From Patescibacteria group bacterium (GTDB lineage Bacteria; Patescibacteriota; Patescibacteriia; Magasanikbacterales; JBBTQS01): 64,000 bases of DNA. The stretch is from contig JBBTQS010000002.1 of NCBI GenBank assembly GCA_038065555.1, forward strand, positions 26,399-90,398. The letters are read 5' to 3'. A program made the translations under genes and the position numbers. Below the pieces are notes generated by a model. That model worked only from the letters and a program-made list of their open reading frames with translations. It had not been told where the DNA came from and did no database searches. Positions 29,429 through 37,354 of the stretch are shown here, piece after piece. How positions within the stretch are numbered: position 1 is the stretch's first letter; each line of letters starts with the position of its first letter.

Positions 29429-30542
29429 ACGTTGCCTCGTTAGCTGTGACTACCTGGTTCACGAAGGTGCGGATGCGCTCTTTGAATCGTTCCTTGGAAT
29501 AGGGCGCTGCAGAGCGTGCAATATCAGCAGGAGATGCAAGGTTTGTTGGATCAAAGTGGAGTACAGCATCGAGCAAACTCTCCCATGTTTGTTCTTGGAA
29601 TAGCACGCCGTTCACGCCGTGCTGCACGATCTCCGTTGCACCATCTTTGCCATAGGCAATGACAGGGCACCCTTGCATGAGCGCCTCGGTCATCGTGATG
29701 CCGAAATCTTCTGCTTGTGGGTTGATGAATGCTTTTGCATTTGCGTAGAGGCGAGATTTCTCCTCCTCACTTACTTGCCCGATAAATTCAATGAGTGGGG
29801 AAGTAGTAGCTTTGCGTAATTGCTCGAGTGCTCGGCCTGTGCCAAAGATCTTGAGCGGGAGGCCGAGGCGATTGAATACTTCAATCACAAGATCGACACG
29901 TTTGTATTCAACCAGTCTGCCACCAGCGAGGAAATACGGGCGAGAATCATGTGATGCAGGGGTTGCAACTGGGACCATATCAATCGGTGGCTCAATCACA
30001 GTGCTCGTGCGTCCGTACCATCGGCTAATGCGCTGCGCAACCGTGTGCGAGTTCGCAATGAAATAGTCCACACGTTCTCGCGCTGCTCGTAAATCCCAGA
30101 CACGTTGGAACGTGATTACGGGAGAAAGAAGCCATTTGATCGGCTGTGGTTGGGACAACTCTTTGAGATATGATTCCGTGTCAGACCAGAGATAGCGCGT
30201 TGGAGTGTGGCAATAACAAATATGTACGGTGTTGGGACCAACCTTGATTCCTTTTGCGTAGGCGCTGGTGGACGAAATCACCACGTCAAACTCGGACAGA
30301 TCGTATGACTGCGTTGCCCACGGCATGAATGGCATGTACCACTGATACTTCTTGCGGGCGAGCGGCCATGATGCGATGACGCTCTCACGAACATCTGCCC
30401 GCGCAAATTCATTGCCGAATTTGTCGCGGTCGAAGAAGAGTGTGTAGATCGGTGCATCAGGCCAGAGTTCGTGAAATACTCGCAGTACTCGCTCTGCGCC
30501 GCCGTCTTGCGAAAGATAGTCGTGTACTAGGGCAATGCGCAT
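29394..30542 (-). CDS. Glycosyltransferase family 4
   Basis: MRIALVHDYL N-terminus and GT4 C-terminal E..G..MTEA motif. Confidence 0.8.
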   Translation of the reverse strand: MRIALVHDYLSQDGGAERVLRVFHELWPDAPIYTLFFDRDKFGNEFARADVRESVIASWPLARKKYQWYMPFMPWATQSYDLSEFDVVISSTSAYAKGIKVGPNTVHICYCHTPTRYLWSDTESYLKELSQPQPIKWLLSPVITFQRVWDLRAARERVDYFIANSHTVAQRISRWYGRTSTVIEPPIDMVPVATPASHDSRPYFLAGGRLVEYKRVDLVIEVFNRLGLPLKIFGTGRALEQLRKATTSPLIEFIGQVSEEEKSRLYANAKAFINPQAEDFGITMTEALMQGCPVIAYGKDGATEIVQHGVNGVLFQEQTWESLLDAVLHFDPTNLASPADIARSAAPYSKERFKERIRTFVNQVVTANEATYADPHRRTTTA

Positions 30543-30544
30543 AC

Positions 30545-31966
30545 TTATTCAACCTTACGTCGGCGCAATACCGCCCACGGTGTTTTGATAAGAATCGCGA
30601 TGTCCATAAGGAGTGACCAGTTCTCAATGTAGAATGTGTCGAGTCGGATTTCATCTTCGAACGACAAGTCGCTGCGCCCAGAGATTTGGGCGAGTCCGGT
30701 GATGCCTGGACGTACATTGTGTACTTCGCGATGCTCGGGTGCGTAGCCTGCAACTTCGCGGATTTGGTGCGGGCGCGGGCCAACAAGGCTCATCGATCCG
30801 CTCAGGACATTGAAGAACTGTGGAAGTTCGTCAATGCTCCAGCGACGTAGGAATCGACCTACGCGAGTAATGCGTGGATCATCCTGGATTTTGTATAGCG
30901 GTCCTGTCTTGCTGTTCTTTGTTGCAATGAGTTCTTGTTCGTAGGCGAGTGCCTTTCGCTGGTTCTTGAATTGCGTTCCGATCGAGTAGTGTTGGTACAT
31001 GGAGCGGAATTTGAGCGTGGCAAATGTTCGGCCGTTTTCGCCCACGCGTTCGTTGCGGAAGATGATGGGGAAACCAGTTTCGATCAGCGTTGCGATGGCT
31101 GCAAGGAGCATGATTGGCGAGAAGGTCACTAAGAAAAACACCGCGCCAATAATATCCATGAGGCGCTTGAGAATTCCACCCCATCCCTCGAGTCGTGTGC
31201 GCTTGAGTTCGATGATTGGGATGCCGGCGATGGTATCAACTCCTGTTGCGCGTTGATGCATGCCGAACACATCAGGAAGGAACTTGAGTGTGAGATGGTG
31301 AAGTTGGCAGAATTGCAACACGCGCGTGGCATGTGCGCGGTCTGTGGTGTTGACGAAGAGTACTTCCGTGATGAATTGTTTTGCAACGGTGTTAGCAAGA
31401 GCAAGCGCGTTGGAGTTGGTGAGTGTGTCTACGCGCTTTACCACTGTGTAGCCGTAGCTGGGGGAGTCCTTGAGTGCTCGAGTGATGACATCAGACACTT
31501 CGGAGGCGCCAATGAGCAGAAGTCGACGGCTGCCAATCCCTGCACTCAGAAGCACGACTCGCAACAGACGCAACAGTAATCGTCCGACCAGGACAAAGAT
31601 CGTAGCAAAGAATGCGCTTGCAAGCACGAGGAATCGTGAATCAAATCGCTCTCCACTGAAGAAGATAATGAGTGCAAGCACCGCAAGTCCTGCAAAGCAC
31701 GCAGTGATCGTTCGCTTGAGCTCTTCGGAGAATTTCTTGTTTGCTTCAAATGAGTAGAGACCGTTGAGTGCAAAAAGCAGGATCCACAACGCAGCAGTAG
31801 GGATCACGATTTCGAGAAACTTCCCGAGCGTGAGAGAGAACTGCACGGGTCGCAATCCAGTAATGGGGGATGCGAATCGCAAGTACCATGCACAGACGCC
31901 GGCCAGAAGCAGGAGTAGGTAATCGAGCGGGACGCGCAGTGCAATAAGGAGGGTATCGAGTCGCAT
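30545..31966 (-). CDS. Polyprenyl-phosphate sugar phosphotransferase (WbaP/bacterial sugar transferase family)
   Basis: Multiple N-terminal TM helices. C-terminal catalytic domain with PGITGLAQISGRSDLSFEDEIRLD. Confidence 0.85.
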   Translation of the reverse strand: MRLDTLLIALRVPLDYLLLLLAGVCAWYLRFASPITGLRPVQFSLTLGKFLEIVIPTAALWILLFALNGLYSFEANKKFSEELKRTITACFAGLAVLALIIFFSGERFDSRFLVLASAFFATIFVLVGRLLLRLLRVVLLSAGIGSRRLLLIGASEVSDVITRALKDSPSYGYTVVKRVDTLTNSNALALANTVAKQFITEVLFVNTTDRAHATRVLQFCQLHHLTLKFLPDVFGMHQRATGVDTIAGIPIIELKRTRLEGWGGILKRLMDIIGAVFFLVTFSPIMLLAAIATLIETGFPIIFRNERVGENGRTFATLKFRSMYQHYSIGTQFKNQRKALAYEQELIATKNSKTGPLYKIQDDPRITRVGRFLRRWSIDELPQFFNVLSGSMSLVGPRPHQIREVAGYAPEHREVHNVRPGITGLAQISGRSDLSFEDEIRLDTFYIENWSLLMDIAILIKTPWAVLRRRKVE

Positions 31967-32036
31967 ACAAGATAGGCCCAGTGTACCGCGGTTAGGTATT
32001 GCTGGTCAAAACGCAAACCGCTCCACCCAAGAAGGG

Positions 32037-32465
32037 GGAGCGGTTGCAGCCATCATACGCCGAATTCTGTCGCATCTGCACGGATGCAGACGGGGCGATC
32101 ATATATCTTGGTCTGACATTGCTGGCAGACTCTTTGCGAACGAACTTTTCGGATGTCGCAACCTTGCGGTCGGACAAACGCTGCTCTTGCACCAGGAAGG
32201 GTTTACCACGTTGTGACCCGAAGGACACAGCGAGTCGCGTAGCTGCTGAGATTTGGATATCCGGAACCTCAGAACCTCACGACACTTTTCACCTTTCACG
32301 CACGCGAACGTGCGCTAGTATTGTCTCTGTGGCACTGTCCCGCGCGACGCATCGCTGCGCCGCGGATGGGTGTTACCCACTTCCACGACATGGCCCGAAG
32401 GCCAAGGGTGTTCGGACGTTCCTCTATGCACGCGAGGTGCACAGCGATCGCCGATGGCGGACCAA
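32037..32465 (-). ncRNA. rnpB: RNase P RNA (bacterial type A)
   Basis: Minus-strand transcript carries the P4 5-prime strand AGAGGAACGUCCG (consensus AGGAAAGUCCGGGC), GUGGGUAACACCC (GGUAACGCC), AGUGCCACAGAGACAAUAC (AGUGCAACAGAGAGCAAAC), GUGAAAGGUGAAAAGUG (GGGUGAAAGGGUG), GUGGUAAACCC...GGUGCAAG (CGGUAAACUCC...GGAGCAAG) and the P4 3-prime strand GACAGAAUUCGGCGUA (ACAGAACCCGGCUUA). A short P1 is formed by GCCAUC/GAUGGC. Ends are approximate (plus or minus 15 nt). Confidence 0.75.
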
Positions 32466-32496
32466 GAGTACCATTTGGTGGCACAAATGTCAATGG

Positions 32497-33741
32497 TTAG
32501 GCAGCTTTGCGAGAAGAGAGATCAGGGGCTTGTTCTGCGGCTGGCCGACGCATCGCAACGACGTTGTCTTTTGTCGTATCAATCGCACCGTATTCAGCAC
32601 GGAGTTTTGCAATTTCGGAAGTCATCATTTCTTTCATTACAGTGTTTGATGCTTTGAACACTTCGCTGGCGTTGAGCTTGGCTTCGCCTTCGGGGGTGAT
32701 GAGTTCGTTGGGATCTGCAAATCCCATTTCAGCAGCAGTGAAGGTGCGTCCGAAAACTCGCTTGATTGTAGGCGACGCGCCTAACGCGCCAAGGCGAATG
32801 GTGAGGAATTGTACGTCGCGCTTGAGCTTGTCTGCACGCAATTGCGCCTCGGACTTTTCGTCGTCTGTTTGTGCCGCTTCTTGTTGTGCTTTTGCTTCGG
32901 ATTCACGTGTGATTTCTGCGCGACGTTCGCGTACTTCTGCGGCGGCTTTCTTGAATTCGCCGAGGTCTACGGTGCCGTTTTCTTTGCGCGCTTCGGTTGC
33001 GAGTTGATTGGCTTTTGCTTCGAGTTCTGCGAGCTTTGCGTCGCTGGGGCCAGGTTCGCTGCTGCGTACTGGTCGATTGCGCGTGTCTGTCGCAGGTGCT
33101 TCAGTGAGTTTTTCTCCGCGCTTGAGTGCTGCGATTTCTGCTTCGAGTTCGTCGATGCGTTGCTTCTTTTCCACAGCAGCAACTCCGGCTGAAACTTCAG
33201 GTGATTTGGACTCCTTTTTTTGATCAGCAAGAAGCGCTTCTCGGGAACGCAATTGCACTTGTTCTTGCGAGCTTGCCACTGCCTCTTTTGCAGCTGCGTC
33301 AGCAGCCTTTGACTGTTCGACGTCGAAAATTTCTTTTGCGCGCTCTTGGAATTTTGCGTCTTTTTGGCTCTCGATAATCTTTGCACCTTCTTGCACGAGG
33401 GCAGCGTCTGCAGCGAGTGTCTCCTTTGTGACAGGTTGTGTACTGGTTTCGAGTGCCCGCAATTCAGCGCGCAAATCTGACCGGCGTTTGCTTTCCTGGA
33501 TGCCAGCGGGGGAGTTCATTTGCAGTTCCATGGTTTTGTCCATGGATTTGCGAATTTCAGCTTTTAATTCCGCGATGCGTTGGCTGCGCTGCTGCTCTGG
33601 GGATGGTCCTGCAGATTCTGGAGCGGGAGTATCTTCAGCGGGTTCGTGCTCTGCGCGCGCTTCTGCGTCATGTTCATCCATTTTTTCACTCATTTCTTGC
33701 GCAGAGATGACCTGAGTGGCTTCGAATGATTCTCTTCCCAT
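32497..33741 (-). CDS. Hypothetical acidic coiled-coil protein (Glu/Ala/Lys-rich)
   Basis: Long low-complexity helical sequence; no catalytic motif. Confidence 0.45.
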   Translation of the reverse strand: MGRESFEATQVISAQEMSEKMDEHDAEARAEHEPAEDTPAPESAGPSPEQQRSQRIAELKAEIRKSMDKTMELQMNSPAGIQESKRRSDLRAELRALETSTQPVTKETLAADAALVQEGAKIIESQKDAKFQERAKEIFDVEQSKAADAAAKEAVASSQEQVQLRSREALLADQKKESKSPEVSAGVAAVEKKQRIDELEAEIAALKRGEKLTEAPATDTRNRPVRSSEPGPSDAKLAELEAKANQLATEARKENGTVDLGEFKKAAAEVRERRAEITRESEAKAQQEAAQTDDEKSEAQLRADKLKRDVQFLTIRLGALGASPTIKRVFGRTFTAAEMGFADPNELITPEGEAKLNASEVFKASNTVMKEMMTSEIAKLRAEYGAIDTTKDNVVAMRRPAAEQAPDLSSRKAA

Positions 33742-33750
33742 AGATCAAGG

Positions 33751-34803
33751 TTATCGCACGCCAATACGGGTGCGGAGTTGTTGCATCGTTGCGCGGGCGA
33801 CAGTCTGTGCACGGGTAGTTGATGGTTCGAGGAGTTCCAGAATCTGCGCTGGCTTCTTGAGAAGTGCTTTGCGCTTCGCGCGGTAGTCTGCGAAGAATTC
33901 GCCGATGTGATGCGCGAGAGTTTTCTTGAGATCGCCGTAACGAATTGGTCCGTGTGCAAATTGCGTATTCACCTCCGGTGGCGCGAAGTGGTGGAGCATG
34001 GACAACAAGCTCTCCACACCACGAACGCCTCGCTGTTGCGCTGCATCCATCTTCGCGATCGCTGCCTCGTCCGCTGTCCAGCCTTTCTTCGCAGAGTAGG
34101 AGAGTGGGACGGTGCCTGTGGTCTCGGTTACTGCACGCTTGAGCTTGTCGAGAATGATATCTGGTTCGTCAGTGAGCGCGATGTAATGCTGAATACCCAA
34201 TGATTTGCTCATTTTTTTCGTTGGCTCTGCGAGACTCAAGACCTTCGGGATGTCGGTGAGCAGCGCCTTGGGTTCGCGCAATTTCGTCGAGTAACGACGG
34301 TTGAACCAGCGCACGATGTCGCGTGTGAGTTCGATGTGTTGCACCTGATCCTGACCAACAGGCACGAACGACGCGCCATAGAGAGCGATATCCGCTGCCT
34401 GTAGCACAGGGTAGTCGAACAATCCGACATTGATGTTCTGTACTTGGCGCGCGGACTTGTCTTTGTACTGCGTCATGCGCTCAAGCTCACTCATCGGTGT
34501 CACACAATTGAAATACCACGCCAGCTCCACGTGCTCCGGAACCATCGACTGAATAAAGAGTGTAGATTTTTGTGGATCCAGTCCGAGGGCGAGTAGCGAC
34601 GCCACAGCCTCGAGCGTACCCGCAAACTTCTTCTTCGGATCATAGTCCTGCGTCAGCGAGTGCAAATCTGCCACAAAGAAAAAGCAGTCGTATTTGCTAG
34701 ATTCTTGCAGCGCCACGCAGTTCTTGAGCGCGCCCAAGTAATTGCCAATGTGAATGTCGCCGGAAGGTTGGATGCCAGTGATTGCAACGGGTTTCTGTGC
34801 CAT
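33751..34803 (-). CDS. trpS: Tryptophanyl-tRNA synthetase
   Basis: N-terminal GIQPSGDIHIGNYLGA (HIGH-class motif) and KMSKS. Confidence 0.9.
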   Translation of the reverse strand: MAQKPVAITGIQPSGDIHIGNYLGALKNCVALQESSKYDCFFFVADLHSLTQDYDPKKKFAGTLEAVASLLALGLDPQKSTLFIQSMVPEHVELAWYFNCVTPMSELERMTQYKDKSARQVQNINVGLFDYPVLQAADIALYGASFVPVGQDQVQHIELTRDIVRWFNRRYSTKLREPKALLTDIPKVLSLAEPTKKMSKSLGIQHYIALTDEPDIILDKLKRAVTETTGTVPLSYSAKKGWTADEAAIAKMDAAQQRGVRGVESLLSMLHHFAPPEVNTQFAHGPIRYGDLKKTLAHHIGEFFADYRAKRKALLKKPAQILELLEPSTTRAQTVARATMQQLRTRIGVR

Positions 34804-34885
34804 AGGGGTTTTGGGCAGTATACCATGGGTATTTTGCTCAACAAAAGTGCGGGCATCAGACAGGCGCTAACCCTAGGGTGAAGTT

Positions 34886-34955
34886 AGGTCAGGAGAGTGC
34901 TCCCCCAAGTCGCACTAGCAACCGAAAGCGACTTGGGGGAGCACTCTCCTGACCT
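34886..34955. repeat. Perfect 28-bp hairpin H1 with 14-nt loop ACTAGCAACCGAAA
   Basis: Arms AGGTCAGGAGAGTGCTCCCCCAAGTCGC / GCGACTTGGGGGAGCACTCTCCTGACCT with no mismatch. Confidence 0.6.
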
Positions 34956-35087
34956 CTCTCCATCACAGGGCCAGTGACCGCCCGATGGTCGCGCCTCTGG
35001 TGAACGAAGTCTCCTGGCACACGCCTCGCCTCGACACCGCGTATGCGATGTGTTGTGCATCTGCGCCGTGTGGTGCGCTGTTGCGAG

Positions 35088-35157
35088 AGCTTCAGACACA
35101 TTGTTCCCAACCCGCTTTCGGTTGCTAGTGCGGGTTGGGAACAATGTGTCTGAAGCT
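35088..35157. repeat. Perfect 28-bp hairpin H2; loop TTTCGGTTGCTAGT is the exact reverse complement of the H1 loop, and stems are unrelated except near the loop
   Basis: Arms AGCTTCAGACACATTGTTCCCAACCCGC / GCGGGTTGGGAACAATGTGTCTGAAGCT. Loop-proximal stem bases (CCCAA.yCGC) are shared with H1. Confidence 0.6.
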
Positions 35158-35178
35158 ACCACACCGGTGGACCAACGA

Positions 35179-35221
35179 CGCAAAAACACAACACCCCCGC
35201 AAAAGCGGAGGTGTTGTTGTG
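35179..35221 (-). terminator. Rho-independent terminator of the RNase J gene
   Basis: On the minus strand the stem CACAACAACACCUCCGC/GCGGGGGUGUUGUG closes with a G-U pair and is followed by UUUUUG. On the plus strand the same position would be a C-A mismatch, which assigns the strand. Confidence 0.55.
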
Positions 35222-35228
35222 GGGTGTT

Positions 35229-37205
35229 TTAGACTTCGATCAACACCGGCAAAATCATTGGTCGGCGCTTGGTCTTGGTGTAGAGATACTCTCCCAAGTC
35301 ATCGCGCAACTTGTTCTTGATGATGTTGGCGTCAGAACGCGCTGCTTCATCGCTCTTTTCGATGAGTGTGCGTGCGCGCTTGCGGACGTCTTCGATGAGA
35401 TCTTTTTGTTCTTTGAGATGCACGAATCCGCGAGAGATAATGTCAGGATTCTGCGTGAGCTTGCCTGTTGAGTGAGACATGGTGGCGATGATCACGACCA
35501 TGCCGTCTTCAGAAAGCGCTTGGCGATCGCGCAGAACCACTGCGCCAACGTCACCAACTCCCAGTCCGTCTACGAACACGTATTCTGTGTCTACTTTGTC
35601 CTTGAGCAACACGCCCTTGCCTGTGGAATCGAATTCCATGACCTGGCCGTTGTCTGCGACAAAGATATTTTCTTCAGGCCATTTCATTGCGCGTGCTGCC
35701 TTGGCATTGTAGCGCAACATGAAGTGGTTGCCGTGGATAGGCACGAAGTACTTCGGACGAATGAGCTGAAGCATCAATTTGATGTCCTCAGTCTTTGCGT
35801 GACCACCGGAGTGGACATCCATCATGGTGTAGTTGATCACATTGGCGCCACGGCGGAAGAGTACATCCATGAGACGCTGTACACTGCGCTCGTTACCCGG
35901 AATGACCGAGGATGAGAACACGACCGTGTCGCCTGGAATGATCTTCGCGAATCGGTGTTCATTGCTTGCAATGCGCATGAGCACTGCAGACTTCTCACCC
36001 TGCGCGCCGGTGCACATGATAATGACTTTTTCCTTTGGATAATCGTCGATTTCATCAATGCCGATCATGACGCTCTTCGGTACCTCCATGTACTTGAGCA
36101 TCTTCATGATTTCGACGTTGGTCTTCATGCTGTAGCCGTCGATGGCGAGCTTCTTGCCGAGCTTGGTCGCGATCTCGATGACTTGCTGTACGCGCGAGAG
36201 CAAAGAAGCAAATGTGCCGATAATGATGCGACCTTGTGCTTTCACGAAGATTGCTTCGAGTGCTTGGCCGATCGTGTGCTCTGAGATCTGGTGTCCTTCG
36301 CAGTTTGCGTTGGTGCTGTCTGAGAGAAGCGCGAGAACACCTTTGCTGCCGATTTCTGCGAGTCGTCCGAGGTTGGCAGGTTTGTTATCCACCGGCTGGA
36401 AATCGAACTTCCAGTCGCCGGTGTGAATAATGGTTCCTGCCGCCGTGTGAATCACCACACCCATTGAGTCAGGAATATTGTGGTTGACGTGGAAGAATTC
36501 AATGCGGAAGTGTCCGAGCTGCAACGTCTCTTCAAGTGTCACTGAGCGCAAGTTGAGCTCGTAACCACCGAAATCTTCTTGGCGCTTCTTGATAATCGCG
36601 AGTGTGAGGGGGAGTCCGTATACAGGGGGATTGCCCATCTCTGGAACAATATGTGGGATACCTCCGATGTGGTCGTAGTGACCGTGCGTGATGATTACAC
36701 CACGAACATTCTTTTCTTTGCCCTTCACGTACGAAACGTTCGGGATGATGTAGTCGATACCTGGCATGTCTTCGTCAGGGAATTGGAGTCCCATGTCAAC
36801 GAAGATAATGTCGTTCTTGTATTCAATCAGTGTGCAGTTGCGGCCGACTTCCTCGAGTCCGCCAAGTACAATTACTCGAACCTTGTCTGCGCCAGAACCA
36901 AACGACTGTTCGCGCATGACCTGTGGACGTGCACCGCCAGCGCCACGAGGGTGGCGACCACCATCGTGCATTGGTTGGCGAGGGCCGCGATCGTTGCCGC
37001 GCTGTGGGAGCAATGTGCGGCGAGCTTCAATAATTTGAGGTGGAACCTCAGACGCTTCGGTTTGCATTGGACGCGCTGAAGGCGCGGGGCCACTTGCAAG
37101 ACGCTTTTGCACCGAATTACGCATCGGGCGAGCGCGCAGTCCATGCATCGGGGCGTTGCCTCGATGTCCCATTCTGCGTGGGGAAGTTCCTTCTGATGTT
37201 TGCAT
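35229..37205 (-). CDS. rnj: Ribonuclease J (metallo-beta-lactamase/beta-CASP RNase) with an Arg/Pro/Gly-rich N-terminal extension
   Basis: HGHYDHIGG motif, beta-CASP and C-terminal domain. The ORF-track start 37280 overlaps tRNA-Leu; trimmed to ATG 37205. The true start could be further downstream. Confidence 0.85.
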   Translation of the reverse strand: MQTSEGTSPRRMGHRGNAPMHGLRARPMRNSVQKRLASGPAPSARPMQTEASEVPPQIIEARRTLLPQRGNDRGPRQPMHDGGRHPRGAGGARPQVMREQSFGSGADKVRVIVLGGLEEVGRNCTLIEYKNDIIFVDMGLQFPDEDMPGIDYIIPNVSYVKGKEKNVRGVIITHGHYDHIGGIPHIVPEMGNPPVYGLPLTLAIIKKRQEDFGGYELNLRSVTLEETLQLGHFRIEFFHVNHNIPDSMGVVIHTAAGTIIHTGDWKFDFQPVDNKPANLGRLAEIGSKGVLALLSDSTNANCEGHQISEHTIGQALEAIFVKAQGRIIIGTFASLLSRVQQVIEIATKLGKKLAIDGYSMKTNVEIMKMLKYMEVPKSVMIGIDEIDDYPKEKVIIMCTGAQGEKSAVLMRIASNEHRFAKIIPGDTVVFSSSVIPGNERSVQRLMDVLFRRGANVINYTMMDVHSGGHAKTEDIKLMLQLIRPKYFVPIHGNHFMLRYNAKAARAMKWPEENIFVADNGQVMEFDSTGKGVLLKDKVDTEYVFVDGLGVGDVGAVVLRDRQALSEDGMVVIIATMSHSTGKLTQNPDIISRGFVHLKEQKDLIEDVRKRARTLIEKSDEAARSDANIIKNKLRDDLGEYLYTKTKRRPMILPVLIEV

Positions 37206-37248
37206 AGGAAAAAAGAGAATCGTTAAAAATAAAATGTGAACCTCTTTG

Positions 37249-37332
37249 TGCCGTGGGCGGGACTTGAACCCGCACACCACAGGTGGTACAGCGCTCTGAA
37301 CGCTGCGTGTCTACCAATTTCACCACCACGGC
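37249..37332 (-). tRNA. tRNA-Leu (anticodon CAG), long variable arm
   Basis: Acceptor GCCGTGG/CCACGGC, D-loop AAATTGGTAGA, anticodon stem CAGCG/CGCTG with loop TTCAGAG, 16-nt variable arm, T-arm GCGGG-TTCAAGT-CCCGC, discriminator A. Confidence 0.85.
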
Positions 37333-37354
37333 GATGCTCCTTGTGATTGTTGTG

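Noticed and set aside
31992-32657. Several track ORFs (31999..32649 plus strand, 32370..32657 plus strand, 31992..32228 and 32296..32493 minus strand)
   Set aside because: They tile the region that carries all conserved blocks of RNase P RNA. No RBS, and the region is better explained as rnpB.
34884-35320. Twin ORFs beginning MGTMCLKL on opposite strands (34889..35110 minus, 35135..35320 plus) and 34884..35189 minus
   Set aside because: They are reflections of the two arms of hairpin H2 (identical arm sequence read from each strand), not genes.
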